From positions 92,690,001-92,754,000 of the forward strand of contig NC_043003.1 in NCBI RefSeq assembly GCF_006345805.1: a stretch of DNA of 64,000 nucleotides, written 5' to 3'. Position 1 is the first letter of the stretch. The number at the start of each line of letters is the position of its first letter. A model generated the notes under the pieces. The model made no database searches, had not been told where the DNA came from, and saw nothing but the letters and a program-made list of their open reading frames with translations. Origin of the DNA: Octopus sinensis (taxonomy: Eukaryota). Positions 12,502-23,236 of this stretch are shown piece after piece. Made by a program: the position numbers and the translations under genes.

Positions 12502-12579
12502 CACTTGTGATTGCATACATGTCTGAACAAGCCAAGCCAGCAGTAGTGAGAAACTTGTGACAGTGATAGAGATCTTCAA
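12502..12579 (-). CDS. Candidate exon 5 of the unidentified gene
   Basis: ttgtttatttaaag|...|gtaggc, 78 nt. In phase 1 it reads (V)EDLYHCHKFLTTAGLACSDMYAITS, continuing the 18592 exon. Confidence 0.4.
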
Positions 12580-12814
12580 CTTTAAATAAACAAGCACAAA
12601 GGCATGCAATCATGTCATATGTTATTACTTCAACTTAATAGTATTTTAACTGTCATCACTGGAAGTTTAAGGCCACAGCTACTGTACATGTATCCGTCTA
12701 CATATTTTCAAGTACAAAGCCTGTTATATTTTCCACTGAAATTATTGATCTTTTTTATTCAAAGTCTAATTCTGATTCTTGCTGACCCTGTAAGCCTTAC
12801 TCTCTATTGCTCTC

Positions 12815-12868
<54 letters not shown>

Positions 12869-14141
12869 GTGGACTATAATATTCAATGTGTTCATTCTTT
12901 TATTAGACAATACGGTATGACTTGAAGGAAATTTGGCTGCTATTTCTTGCAGTTTAAGCGACTGCATTAAGACTCCCTAGGTAGCTTGATAAGCAAACTG
13001 TCATTGAGTTAGTGTTAATAGAAAATTATGTAGATACCTAATCTAGAAGAAAAACAATAGTCAAGTTGGTACCATCATGCTTAATATAGTGAAGGACAAA
13101 AATCTAGTTAATTAATAATATTTCTACAAGGGGCAAAAGGCCTTTAATTCTGGAAGAATTAAAGTATATATATAAAGAATATAATTATAGAATAGTTGAA
13201 CACATCAACCCCAGTGCTCAACTGGTACTTATTTTATTGACCTTGAAAGGATAAAATGCAAAGAAATCAGAGGAATTTGAACTCAGTATGTGAAACTGGA
13301 AGAGATGAAGCTAAGCATTTTGTCTGGTATGCTAGTTCACTACCCTTGTGGAGAAGGAAATATTATTTTAATGATTAAGTTGACTGTTGTTTTTCATGCA
13401 GATGGGGTCACTATGTGGTTTCTATTCATCATCATGATCATTTTTATGCCTCCTCATGCAATTTATTGTACAAGAAGTCTCTTATCACTAATTTGATAAC
13501 TATGGAGAAAGCTAAACTTCACTGATGAAGTCCAATAAGGTTAGAACATGTCTGGGGTAATCAACTATACTTGCCAAATTCAAATGAAAAAACATTAGCC
13601 ATTTGAGCTGTTTTCTTCTCATTGCAGTATGTATTAAATGAAATTTTCTATAAATACTTACAAATGTAGCTAACAATATTTCTCTCTATATCTCTCTGCT
13701 AAGAAAAAAAAAATGTTTCACAAATTCTCATATAATTGGAATCAACACAATCTGAAAGGTTTTTGCCGAAAATTTCATTTAGAATATACATTTTTGTGAA
13801 AGTTATGAGGAAACAAATTCATAGTGGGGATTACACTTCTGTAATTAAAAAATTAGATATTTCCTTTACTGGATTAAGTACGATGCCACCAATTTGACTT
13901 TTTCTTGCTAGTATGGAAAAACCGACTAAGTCAGTTCCTGACCTGTGCAGAAAGGTTAGAGGTCAGGGACCATACCTCACTTGAATGTTCTACTTTAGCA
14001 TTGTTTCTACTACAAGATGTCGTTTCTATCAGTAAATACTTTACCAAAAGTACTGAGTGCATCGTATCGTGACACCGAAAGAAGAGAGGTTGCGCAGTCC
14101 CTGGCAAGACTAATGAATTCATTCTACCCTTTGTTTTCCAA

Positions 14142-14357
14142 AGGCAGCGAGCTGGCAGAAACGTTAGCATGCCAGGCAAAATGTTTTGCAGTATTTTGTC
14201 TGTCTTAATGTTCTGAGTTCAAATTCCGCCGAAGTCGACTTTGCATTTCATCCTTTTGGGGTCGATAAATTAAGTACAAGTTGCGTATTGGAGTCAATTT
14301 AATCGACTGGGTCCTCCCCCAAAATTTCGAGCTGTGTGCCTAGAGTAAAAAAGAATA
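14142..14357 (+). mobile_element. tRNA-derived SINE, family A
   Basis: Head GGCAGCGAGCTGGCAGAAACGTTAGC (A-box-like), GAGTTCAAATTCC (B-box-like), core GTCGACTTTGC.TTTCATCC...GGGGTCGATAAATTAAGTAC. Confidence 0.8.
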
Positions 14358-14572
14358 CCTTAGGGCGTTTCCCTTCATTGACTAACTACTTAACGCTGGG
14401 TACATTCTATTGTAGTACCGCTGCTCAGATAGCGTCTCGCAACCATACGTTGATAGTTTGTCTAACAGCATAGAGGGTTGCTACGTCATCAGCAGATAGA
14501 AGGGAGAGAAAGTGATGAAAGAGAATCAGCGTGAGAAGGGATAATAATGGAAGAGATATGTTGTAAGAGGAG

Positions 14573-15399
14573 TGTAGCGTGGTTGATATCCTCACTGTTT
14601 GAGAGATATATTAGAAACTAGCACTATGACCCGGCAATGCCAGTCAAAGTGCTAGTGCGTGCATATACAGTTGCATGCATGCGCACATACAGCTAGCTGG
14701 CATTCAATTGGCGTATCAAGTTTCGGGCATTTTGATTGGGTTTTGGATAGAAAATTCACAAAAAAAGTCACTTCTATTGATTTTTTAATGGCTTTGCAGG
14801 ATGACTGGGGAAATGTAAAGATGTGCACGACCACCCTTGGACGGTTTTGAATGCCTATTGAAAGTGCCAGCCCTCTAACTGAAAAATTGTGGATTTGTAT
14901 AAAGGATACACACACACACAGACAGACATTTTGCCGTTTATATATATAGACTTGATCTCGTGTTTGATAACAACCATCTATTTTGACCCTGTTGTGTCCA
15001 CTGCTCTGATTGGTTGGCATTGGCGCAGTTTGTCTCTTGACGTATTTTGCGCCAGTGTGTAAGCCAACCAATCATGGCCTTCGGATAAGGTCCTATGACA
15101 GTCTTTTTGTGTTCTCACTGGAGCCCACCTTCTGTTATAAAAAGGCCCCAGCATTCACGATATCTTGTCTTTGGTTCTCGTCCTTCTCAGGGCTAACCTC
15201 TGACCACAGAGCGACTCAACCATGTTCCAGCTCCAGAGACAGACGACCAGGCTAGCCAGCCATGTTCCTGTTCCAGCAGCGCCAATGCCCACCAATCAGA
15301 GCAGTGGACACAAAAGGGTCAAAATAGACGAAGATGGTTGTTATCTAACACGAGATCATTTCTAATATATCTCTCAGTGAGGATATCAGCTATGCTACA
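14573..15399. mobile_element. Palindromic TGT...ACA element with 4-bp TSD (Ginger-like MITE or solo LTR with long inverted termini)
   Basis: Begins TGTAGC, ends GCTACA, flanked by GGAG on both sides (14569-14572, 15400-15403). Inverted arms ~120 bp once the 14618-14952 insertion is removed. Confidence 0.8.
14618..14952 (-). mobile_element. Non-autonomous Helentron-like element, family 2, copy 1 (inserted in the palindromic element)
   Basis: CTAGCACT...AGTGCTAG hairpin at one end and tatatata at the other; highly similar to 48106-48470. Confidence 0.7.
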
Positions 15400-16812
15400 G
15401 GAGCATCAGGTGTGATCAAGAAGAACGTAAAGGAAATGAAAGATGGAGAGAAGGAGATAGAAAGAGAGAGATAGCGATTGTTGGTAATGAGACTGAATAC
15501 CATGGAAGAGAGAATGATAGGTAAGTTACAGGTATAGGTATAGAAGGTGGGGTATGTATGTTTGAGTCCGGGCGGCTGTGTGAAGGGTGTCAACAATGAA
15601 TTATAAAGAGGAGAGTAATACGAGATTGATAGATAGCAATGACGAAGATGAGAGAGTGACAGTGAAAGGAATTAGTGGAAATGAGAGAGGGAGAAATATG
15701 ACAGAATGATGGATAGCAACGGTGAAGGTAAACAACAGATTGTAATAGAAGTAAAAAAAAAAGTGTGAGTAAAATAAGAGGAAGTGGCGGCGGGCAATAA
15801 ACAAGACGACAGTGACAGGGAGCACTGAACGTGGGAAGATCCATTACAATGCTATCCTTTGTTATACAGGTAGAATGATAAGAGAAGAGGGTGATAGAGG
15901 GATACGAAGGTAAGGTGTTAGGAAAAGTTAGTAATAGTTAAGATTAGCTAAGACTAAGGGAGAGCAATATATTTTAAAATCTTTTACTTGTTTCAGTCAT
16001 TAAACTGCGGCCATACAGGGACACCGGCTCAGTGAGTTTTTAGTCCAACGAATCGGCCCAGTACTTATTTTTTAGGTATTTATTCTATCGACCTCTTTAG
16101 AGGAACCGTCAAATTACGGAATCATAAACAAATGGCACCGGTTGTCTGGCAGTTGGGGGTGGGGACGAAGACAAATATAAAAATCACACACTCACACACA
16201 CACACATATGTACACACACACATATATATATTGTCAGTAAATCTATATATACCCATTGTCATAAATCAGAAAGAGAAGTACGCTCAAAGTTATAGAGCTA
16301 TTTAGAGAATGTTAGTTGAGGCCGCGAAACCCTGTGTAACATTATGAACTGACCATTCTCTCTCTCTCTCTCGCTATATATATATACATATATATATATA
16401 TAAATTAATAAATAAATAAAACATATGCATATATACATACAAATATGTACCTACCTACCTCTACATGTATATATACATGCATATATGGGTACAGGACACT
16501 AAAAAACGTCGAACACAATGAGAAACGAAAACAAACACAAAACCAAGGAACTGGACATTTTTCTTAAACAACGAAAAAATAGAGTACAGGACAAATAACA
16601 CAAGGAAAATTCCCCTTCTTCCCCATTGTTTCATCTACTCCACGTTTCGAAGGTCAAGGCGATACATGACTTTAATGAAACAATCCTTTCCGCGAAAATC
16701 AAATTAAATAAAATTTGAGATTTTTTTGCGGAGGGTAAAAATGGTAACAAAAACAGGACAGTAACGACAGTACAAAATATAAACAGTAAAAGACAGGACA
16801 AGGAGAATAACA

Positions 16813-16813
<1 letters not shown>

Positions 16814-16910
<97 letters not shown>

Positions 16911-16968
16911 ATGTATGTATGTATGTATGTATGTATGTATGTATGTATGTATGTATGTGTGTGTGTGT
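16814..16968. repeat. (AT)n-(GT)n-(GTAT)n microsatellite
   Basis: Directly visible. Confidence 0.95.
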
Positions 16969-17059
16969 ATCGATAAGTGTAGAGAATGGAGAAAGTGAAT
17001 CCGTAGTACGTTTCCAAGCAAAGCTGACCATGGGTTTTAATACACCACACACACATATA

Positions 17060-17475
17060 TACTCTTTTACTTGTTTCACCCATTTGACTGTGGCCATGCT
17101 GGGGCACCGTCTTTAGTCGACCAAATCGACCTCAGGACATATTCTTTGTAAGCCTAGTACTTATTCTATCGGTCTCTTTTGCTGAAGCGCTAAGTTACGG
17201 GGACGTAAACGCACCAGTATCGGTTGTCAAGCGATGTTAGGAGGGACAAACACACACACACACACACACCACACACACACATACACACATATATATATAT
17301 ATACATCATATATACGATGGCCTTCTTTCAGTTTCCGTCTACCAAATCCACTCACAAGGCTTTGGTCGGCCCGAGGCTATAGAAGGAGACACTTGCCCAA
17401 GGTGTCACGCAGTGCGACTGAACCCAGAACCATGTGGTTTGTTAGCAAGCTACTTACCACACAGCCACTCCTACA
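17060..17475 (-). mobile_element. tRNA-derived SINE, family B (internal microsatellite)
   Basis: Head GGAGTGGCTGTGTGGTAAGTAGCTTGC...GGTTCAGTC, internal (CA)/(TA) tract, tail CAAATGGGTGAAACAAGTAAAAGAG. Confidence 0.82.
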
Positions 17476-17704
17476 GAAGTAACTCCATGACTACCACCAC
17501 CATCATTTTTACATCCGTTTTTTACCGTAAAATAACATAGGCCTACAATGAGATTAATGACAGAGAGACAAAATAGCATTTAACGAAAGGAATGCTATGC
17601 AAACAAAACATGCCGAAAGGTGAGCAATTCAGGAGAGGAGAGCGGTGAAACTACCATCCTTTTTTGTCATATCAACAAGTGGAAAGCTTTAATAATTATT
17701 ATAC

Positions 17705-18299
17705 TTCTTACATGTCCTCTTGTTTTTGTACTTGAGTATGTTTTTTTGATAAGACATTAATGTGTGTGTGTGTGTGTGTGACATATGAACGTATATGTGA
17801 CGTTTTTTTTTTTCGGAAAAGTTGGATCTTTCGGTTTGAACAGCAGTTTTTAAAATAATTTCTAGGTAACTAAAACATGTTCAACTTCGTATACTGGTAA
17901 AATGCGTTTATAAAACATATTTTTCTCTTGGCTTTATTGAGAAAATTCTATGGTTTGTAAGATATTTGTTGTTATTTTTCTTCAATTTCTGCAATTTCAA
18001 CCAATCAATGACGCCCATTGAGGTAAAAAAAACATTCTGTGCCGTATGAATATGTCCCTCGTTTAAGAAACAGATTGGGTTTATTTACATTTCTTCCCAC
18101 CACCCCTAACCCTAACCCTAAAGCAGATTGAAATGCAATAGATCGATACTAGGGTCATAATTATGGGTGACAATTTCATATGGCACCGCTAGAAAAACTG
18201 CCGTTCAAACCGAAAAGATCCTATTCTTCTTCTTACATGTCCTCTTGTTTTTGTACTTGATGATGCTTTTTTGATAAGACATTAGAGTGTGTGTGTGTA

Positions 18300-18348
<49 letters not shown>

Positions 18349-18415
18349 TGTGCGTGCGCGCGCGTGTGTGTGTGACATATGAACGTCTGTGTGACGTTTT
18401 TTTTTCGGATAAGTT
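17705..18415 (+). repeat. ~120-bp direct repeat flanking MITE copy 1 (17705-17823 and 18230-18415, second copy with expanded GT tract)
   Basis: ttcttacatgtcctcttgtttttgtacttga...gataagacatta(gt)n acatatgaacgt...gtgacgttttttttttcgga.aagtt occurs on both sides. Confidence 0.85.
17824..18221 (+). mobile_element. MITE, copy 1 (~400 bp, ~29-bp TIR, internal CCCTAA repeats)
   Basis: GGATCTTTCGGTTTGAACAGCAGTTTTT ... AAAAACTGCCGTTCAAACCGAAAAGATCC; a homologous inverted copy lies at 33231-33644. Confidence 0.85.
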
Positions 18416-18591
18416 CTCCCATATGTCAAAATGGACATTCTTTCGATATAACTCGACAAAATCAAAACATTTCACTTCGGGTATTTCCGTGGGTTGTGGA
18501 TTATAGATATAACGAAATTATGCCAGCAGTATCTTATTTTAAACTTGAAAAAAAACAAAAAAAAAAACACGTCTTGAATATTTGTTCTTAC

Positions 18592-18766
18592 CTGTTTCAC
18601 GTGTGTATGAATTTCCAAGCAGAAAACAGAATCGAACTGTCATTTGCTTCCACGGAAAGCCTGCATCAAAACGAAGATCATGTTTGGCAATTTCCGTAAA
18701 ACTCTCTTTACCACTCAGCGCAGCAGTCCGTTCTTCTCTCACGTCACCGTTTTTTCCCTCAATTAA
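18592..18766 (-). CDS. Candidate exon 4 (or first exon) of the unidentified gene
   Basis: Textbook donor CAG|gtaaga at 18591 and acceptor ccattttcag. Open frame ...KHDLRFDAGFPWKQMTVRFCFLLGNSYTRET; in-frame ATG at 18643. Confidence 0.4.
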
Positions 18767-18879
18767 CTGAAAATGGCTTATCTTTTTCTTTTTTTCACGA
18801 TTCATTTAATATGTATTCTCTTTCTATTTTAGAGTAAATTTTTGCTGGCCACATACTTGGTAGCAAGGCCATGAAGGAT

Positions 18880-19920
18880 AGCGTGTTGTTTCGTTCATCA
18901 TTCTTTAAATCTGAAGGTCTTGCGGATTTCTATAGTCCCAGATATTGCAATCATTTGTAGTGTATGAATTAAGGGTTTGCGTTCTCCCCACAAGAACCCA
19001 AGTTCAGCCATACTTTGCTCCAGATGGATTGGTATGTTATAATAATAGGTATGAGGCTGAAAATGTATCTTGGGTTCTGGATTTACAAACTCTTTATCTA
19101 TGGTCCATAGATGTCCTCTTTCCCTTGTATTTCTAACTACATTGTCGTCCAGAGGGTAGTTGATTTCCACAACATAACATATCTGTTCCCTGTTGTCTCA
19201 CAGAACAATATCTGGTCAGCCATGTTTTAATTTGGTGGGTGTTTTAATTTTCAAGTTCCATCAATATTCCTTTGACCCATTGGTCTCAATATAGTCAATT
19301 TCGTCTATAGGTGTTTTCTTTTTTGTTATCCTGTTCCAGACAATTCTGGACACTACATCACACCTCATGGGAAGATAATATCTAGAAGACATTTTCTCAC
19401 ATTTGGCAATAATGTGGTCAATGCCTTTAGGTTTGGTTTCTGCCTCTTTTACTGTAGGTATTTGGTGGGGGTTTCTTGTTCTTGAATTGCATAGAGGTAG
19501 CCTTCAAAGTGATATGTCATAATCTTGTTGGTACATCATACCAAGCATTTGACATGATCAGTCTCTTCTATGGTTTGTGTTTTTGGTGCCAAGTACCCAT
19601 GTACTAACTTCTCGGAACGGTCCAATTTTTTTTATTTGGTTCTTCTGATAAATAGATTTTACCAATGTTCCTTCGAGAGAGATCTGTATAAACTCTTATT
19701 TCATACCTTTCAGTAGCTACCTTAATTATGTTATTGATTTCACGGACACAAACCTGGGCAATGATAGTTACTGGTCTTTTCTCTGCTGCAGATGTTTTAT
19801 TGTTACAATACGTGCTTCGTGTGACATCAATAGATTTGAGATCATAACCATTTCGGCCTAGCTTAAAAGGCATCTGGAAAATGTAAAAACTGCTGTCAGA
19901 GAAAAACCATTGTTCCACTG
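18880..19920 (-). mobile_element. Non-LTR retrotransposon 3' fragment with a restriction-like endonuclease (R4/Dong-like)
   Basis: Degraded EGYLYAIQEQE.PTKYL, IDHIIAKC, HG*PDIVL*DNREQICYVVEINYPLDDNV (PD..E..P of REL) and terminal TLQMIAISGTIEIRKTF. Upstream GYDLKSI is post-RT-like. Confidence 0.75.
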
Positions 19921-20049
19921 TGGGAAAAGTTCTGTAGCAGTGTTAATTTAAATTTGGCTATGGTGGATCGAATCCACTTCATGCATGCAAGATTCGCTAC
20001 AGAAGTATAGCCTGTTTACATCTCCATTGATGTTGAAGTTTCCTGTAAC

Positions 20050-22135
20050 ACTGGAAATTGATGGAATCGACATTTTGAAATGTTAATCTTATACAACACT
20101 AATTTTGAAGTGGAGGTAGTGATAAATGATTTACAATCAATGAGAGTTTTTCTGTTTCTTTGCAATAACTTATTCAAATCATTTAATTTTGTGAATATAT
20201 CACAAAGAAAAAAAGATATTGCATCTTGCAGCCATCAATGAAGCGGATAGTGGAGTATCTTCAAAGAAAGGTATGATAAAATGAAACAGTTCAACAAAGT
20301 GTAAAACACAGTTTCCTTTTGACAGCCACCGCACTTCAGTATGGTATAAGAGTTTAGTATGGTCCTCATCATTTCTTAGACAGAGTTGACGGAAAATTTG
20401 ATCAGACAAGGGACTGGACTTCAATTTGTTCACACTCTTGATAACTAACGGTAGCACATCATTTAACCTACTGTTCATATTTTTTGCCACTAAATGTTGC
20501 CGGTGTGCCAAGCAATGAACAGTTAGTATCTGGTGGGAAATTTCACGATTTAGGAGTGATGAAAAATCTCTTTATCTTCCTATCACCGAAGGGGCTCCAT
20601 CAGACGCACAGGCAAGGATATTATTGAGAGGGATATTATGTTCAAAAACGAAAGACTTGAGAGTGTGAAAAATAGTTGCATCTCTTGAATCAGACGGCAA
20701 TTTCTCTGTGAACAGCATTTCCTCACAAGGTTGAAGGTCTTCGCTGAAATACCGAACATATACCATCATCAATCATTGATTTCCACAACAGTCGACTCAT
20801 CCACTTGTATAGAAAATTCATAACGCTAGAGAATATTAATGAGCTGATGTTTGACATCGTTGGTCATTTCATCGATGCGTCGAGAAATCGTATTATTACT
20901 ATGTGGTATCTTCTTCATAATGTTATCGGGGTTTTCGTGCATAACGGATGACAAAACCCCTTTGATAACTGGGCGAAGTAATGTTTCTCCAATTGTGTGA
21001 CTTAGCAACAAGCAATGCAATGTTGTACGATGCAATCAACCCGTCATTCTCCTGTTTACTAGTTTCCTGGAGTAGCGTGTTGAATGTTTGTGTTTGCTTT
21101 TTGAAAGAGGAGCTCAGTTGCCAAAAGTATGACAACAGCTTGTGCGCCTTGTCAGAATGCTTAGCTTCAAAGTGAGACTTCAAGCGTGAAGGTTTCATTG
21201 CTTCGTTGGTCAATGTTTGATGGCAAATTGGTTACTGACAGCTCCGAGGAGAGGGAATAAATCCAAATGATAAATAATCACTACTGCATTGTCAACAAAT
21301 TTCCTCGACTGGAGGCGTCAGTAAAGTGAAAATGTGAAAACGAATTTCTTTGGACAGCATCAGAAAGGCAGTATGATATTCCCAAAGAGAAGAAGAAGTC
21401 AATAGAGCAGAGTCAGATGACATGTCTTTACTGGAGCAAATACGGATCTAGTTCGTTTGGCTGCCAGCATTTCAAAAATTAAAGTTTATCTAAAATTAAA
21501 AAATTTGGAACATTAATGTACCTTTCCAAGCTAAATTGCTGAAGTTATTCAACTTTTTCCAGTAAAATGTTTTTAAGAAGTTATAGAGGTTAGTATAGTC
21601 ATTTAATCATTTTCACCAATTCAAGAAACATGATTTGTGTGTAACTGCACATTTTGTCAACATCCTGAAAATAGCACTTGTGTTTTGATATGAAGCTGTA
21701 GAATTAAGCATGACATATAACCCCCTCATAACTTTTTAACTTTTCGGAGTGTTCAGGAAATTTTTGCAAATTTGAATTCTATACGCAGGACTTCATATGA
21801 TTATGGAGTGTGATTTAAGGCCTAGGCCTATTTGGCTGATATTTTTAGCATGTATGACAACCATCTCAATGACTGCGACAAAGGTATTCGATTGATAAAC
21901 AAGTCCGTGTTTATGCGAGCAGTCAAATCGATAAAAGTGCACCATTATTCTAGGCATGCCTAGATATCAGTAAATGCAGACTTAATTTCTAAAAATTCAT
22001 TGTCACCCACAAAATGTTCATATCGCCTGCCAAAATCTCAAAGCGCTCACCATTTTCTAGAAATTCGCCTATCACCCACTTGTAAGTTTGAAATCGCCCA
22101 CTGGTGGGCGATATCACCCAATTTGGGAAGCTATG
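20050..22135 (-). mobile_element. Defective hAT (Buster/ZBED5-type) DNA transposon, copy 1, retaining one TIR
   Basis: NEAMKPSRLKSHFE, SYNIALLVAK, SNNTISRRIDEM, FSIQVDEST, DGAPSV, HRQHLVAK and TEVRWLSKG motifs. TIR-like AATTTGGGAAGCTATG at 22120-22135. Confidence 0.92.
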
Positions 22136-22280
22136 CTGTAATACCTTGATAATTCAACCATGTGGGATATTATCAAATGCTTTCAAGTCCAATCACACTA
22201 TGGTTTAGTTCCTGCAATTTTTTACTGTTTTTTTTCTGGATCATTTTGTTAATTAGTAGCTGCTGTATGCAACCTTACAC

Positions 22281-22545
22281 CTCCTTTCCTTCAGCTTGCT
22301 CAGGTGTTATAATGCTGTTGGTGGCACAATGATACTGCAAGAACAGATAGAGGTACCTAGTGTATAATTTGTACAGGATGTTCTGGCGGGCTGTTAGGTT
22401 GTAATTTTTATCAGAGGTGGTTTGGTTATTCTTGGGGTTGACGGGAAGCAAATAATTTATCGAGCATTTGCTATTTATATATTGCAGATTTATAACGACA
22501 GCAGAGTGTACAACAAACATCCGCGATCTGACTGTCACCTGTACT
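22281..22545 (-). CDS. Candidate exon 3 of the unidentified gene
   Basis: Stop-free 265-nt stretch, ACTAAC branch-like motif ~18 nt upstream of the acceptor, donor GAG|gtgtaa, phase 2-0. An alternative shorter exon starts at the internal acceptor tctgttcttgcag (YHCATNSIITPEQAEGKE). Confidence 0.25.
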
Positions 22546-22751
22546 CTTGACAAGAGATGCCAGTTAGTCTTTTACACCTACCAGGTGTATGTGTGTATCA
22601 GTCGCCACTGATACACACATACATGTATTATGTATGGTTTCAAATTTTGGCTTAAGGCCAGTAATTTGGGGAGAAGGGGCTAGTCAATTAGAGACTATCC
22701 AGCATTGGAACTGGTGACAACTTTCCCACCTGTCATGGATTATAATCAAAC

Positions 22752-22794
<43 letters not shown>

Positions 22795-22953
22795 AATTCT
22801 AGTAATAGACATTACTGTTTTTTTTTCATTTGTTATATCTGACGAATACCTATTTTAATTGGATTTTTGATTATATTTCTCCTCCCTTTCTTGACAAAAT
22901 GAACTACAATAATATTGATAATGAGTAATCCTTCACTATTACATCTGTTTAAC

Positions 22954-23028
22954 CTCTCCATCTCTGATGATGGAATACTCAACGTATGGAAACTTCGTTC
23001 GGGACGATGTTCCAATAGCTTGGATATT
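22954..23028 (-). CDS. Candidate exon 2 of the unidentified gene
   Basis: gtttctag|A ATA TCC... = (R)ISKLLEHRPERSFHTLSIPSSEME(R), after a 110-nt AT-rich intron. Donor gttaaa is weak; an alternative gtaata donor lies at 22942. Confidence 0.27.
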
Positions 23029-23138
23029 CTAGAAACAGCTGATAGAGACTATGTATACCTTTTTATTATATATCTAAATTAAATGTCCATGTCAAGTCTC
23101 CAAACGTTTGCTCTTTACATTTCTATTTTAATCTATAC

Positions 23139-23236
23139 CTACAACTAAAGGAGAAGCCACTCCTAGCCGCTTCAGAAAGGCAGTCAAGCAGTTCAAACCG
23201 GAATTTTAGTGCGGAAACTGTGCGCTTTGAGAGCAT
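23139..23236 (-). CDS. Candidate exon 1 of an unidentified minus-strand gene
   Basis: ATG at 23236, MLSKRTVSALKFRFELLDCLSEAARSGFSFSC, donor AG|gtatag, in CpG-containing non-repeat sequence. No homology recognised. Confidence 0.3.

Noticed and set aside
13521-13550. CTGATGAAGTCC hammerhead-like start
   Set aside because: No complementary GGAC-GAAA follows.
13931-14179. Minus-strand ORF/exon ending at a GAG|gtatgg donor near 13975
   Set aside because: The ORF starts inside a SINE head and has no convincing acceptor, and its phase does not fit the best downstream frame. It could still be a non-coding first exon.
14142-14260. tRNA genes
   Set aside because: The A/B-box-like heads continue into SINE bodies and do not close a cloverleaf; the same applies to the other SINE heads.
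22915-23055. Plus-strand WD40-like peptide SDDGILNVWKLRSGRCSNSLD
   Set aside because: No usable AG acceptor, an upstream in-frame stop, and neighbouring plus-strand candidate exons (22295-22353, 22488-22584) are phase-incompatible. Kept only as an alternative if the minus-strand model fails.
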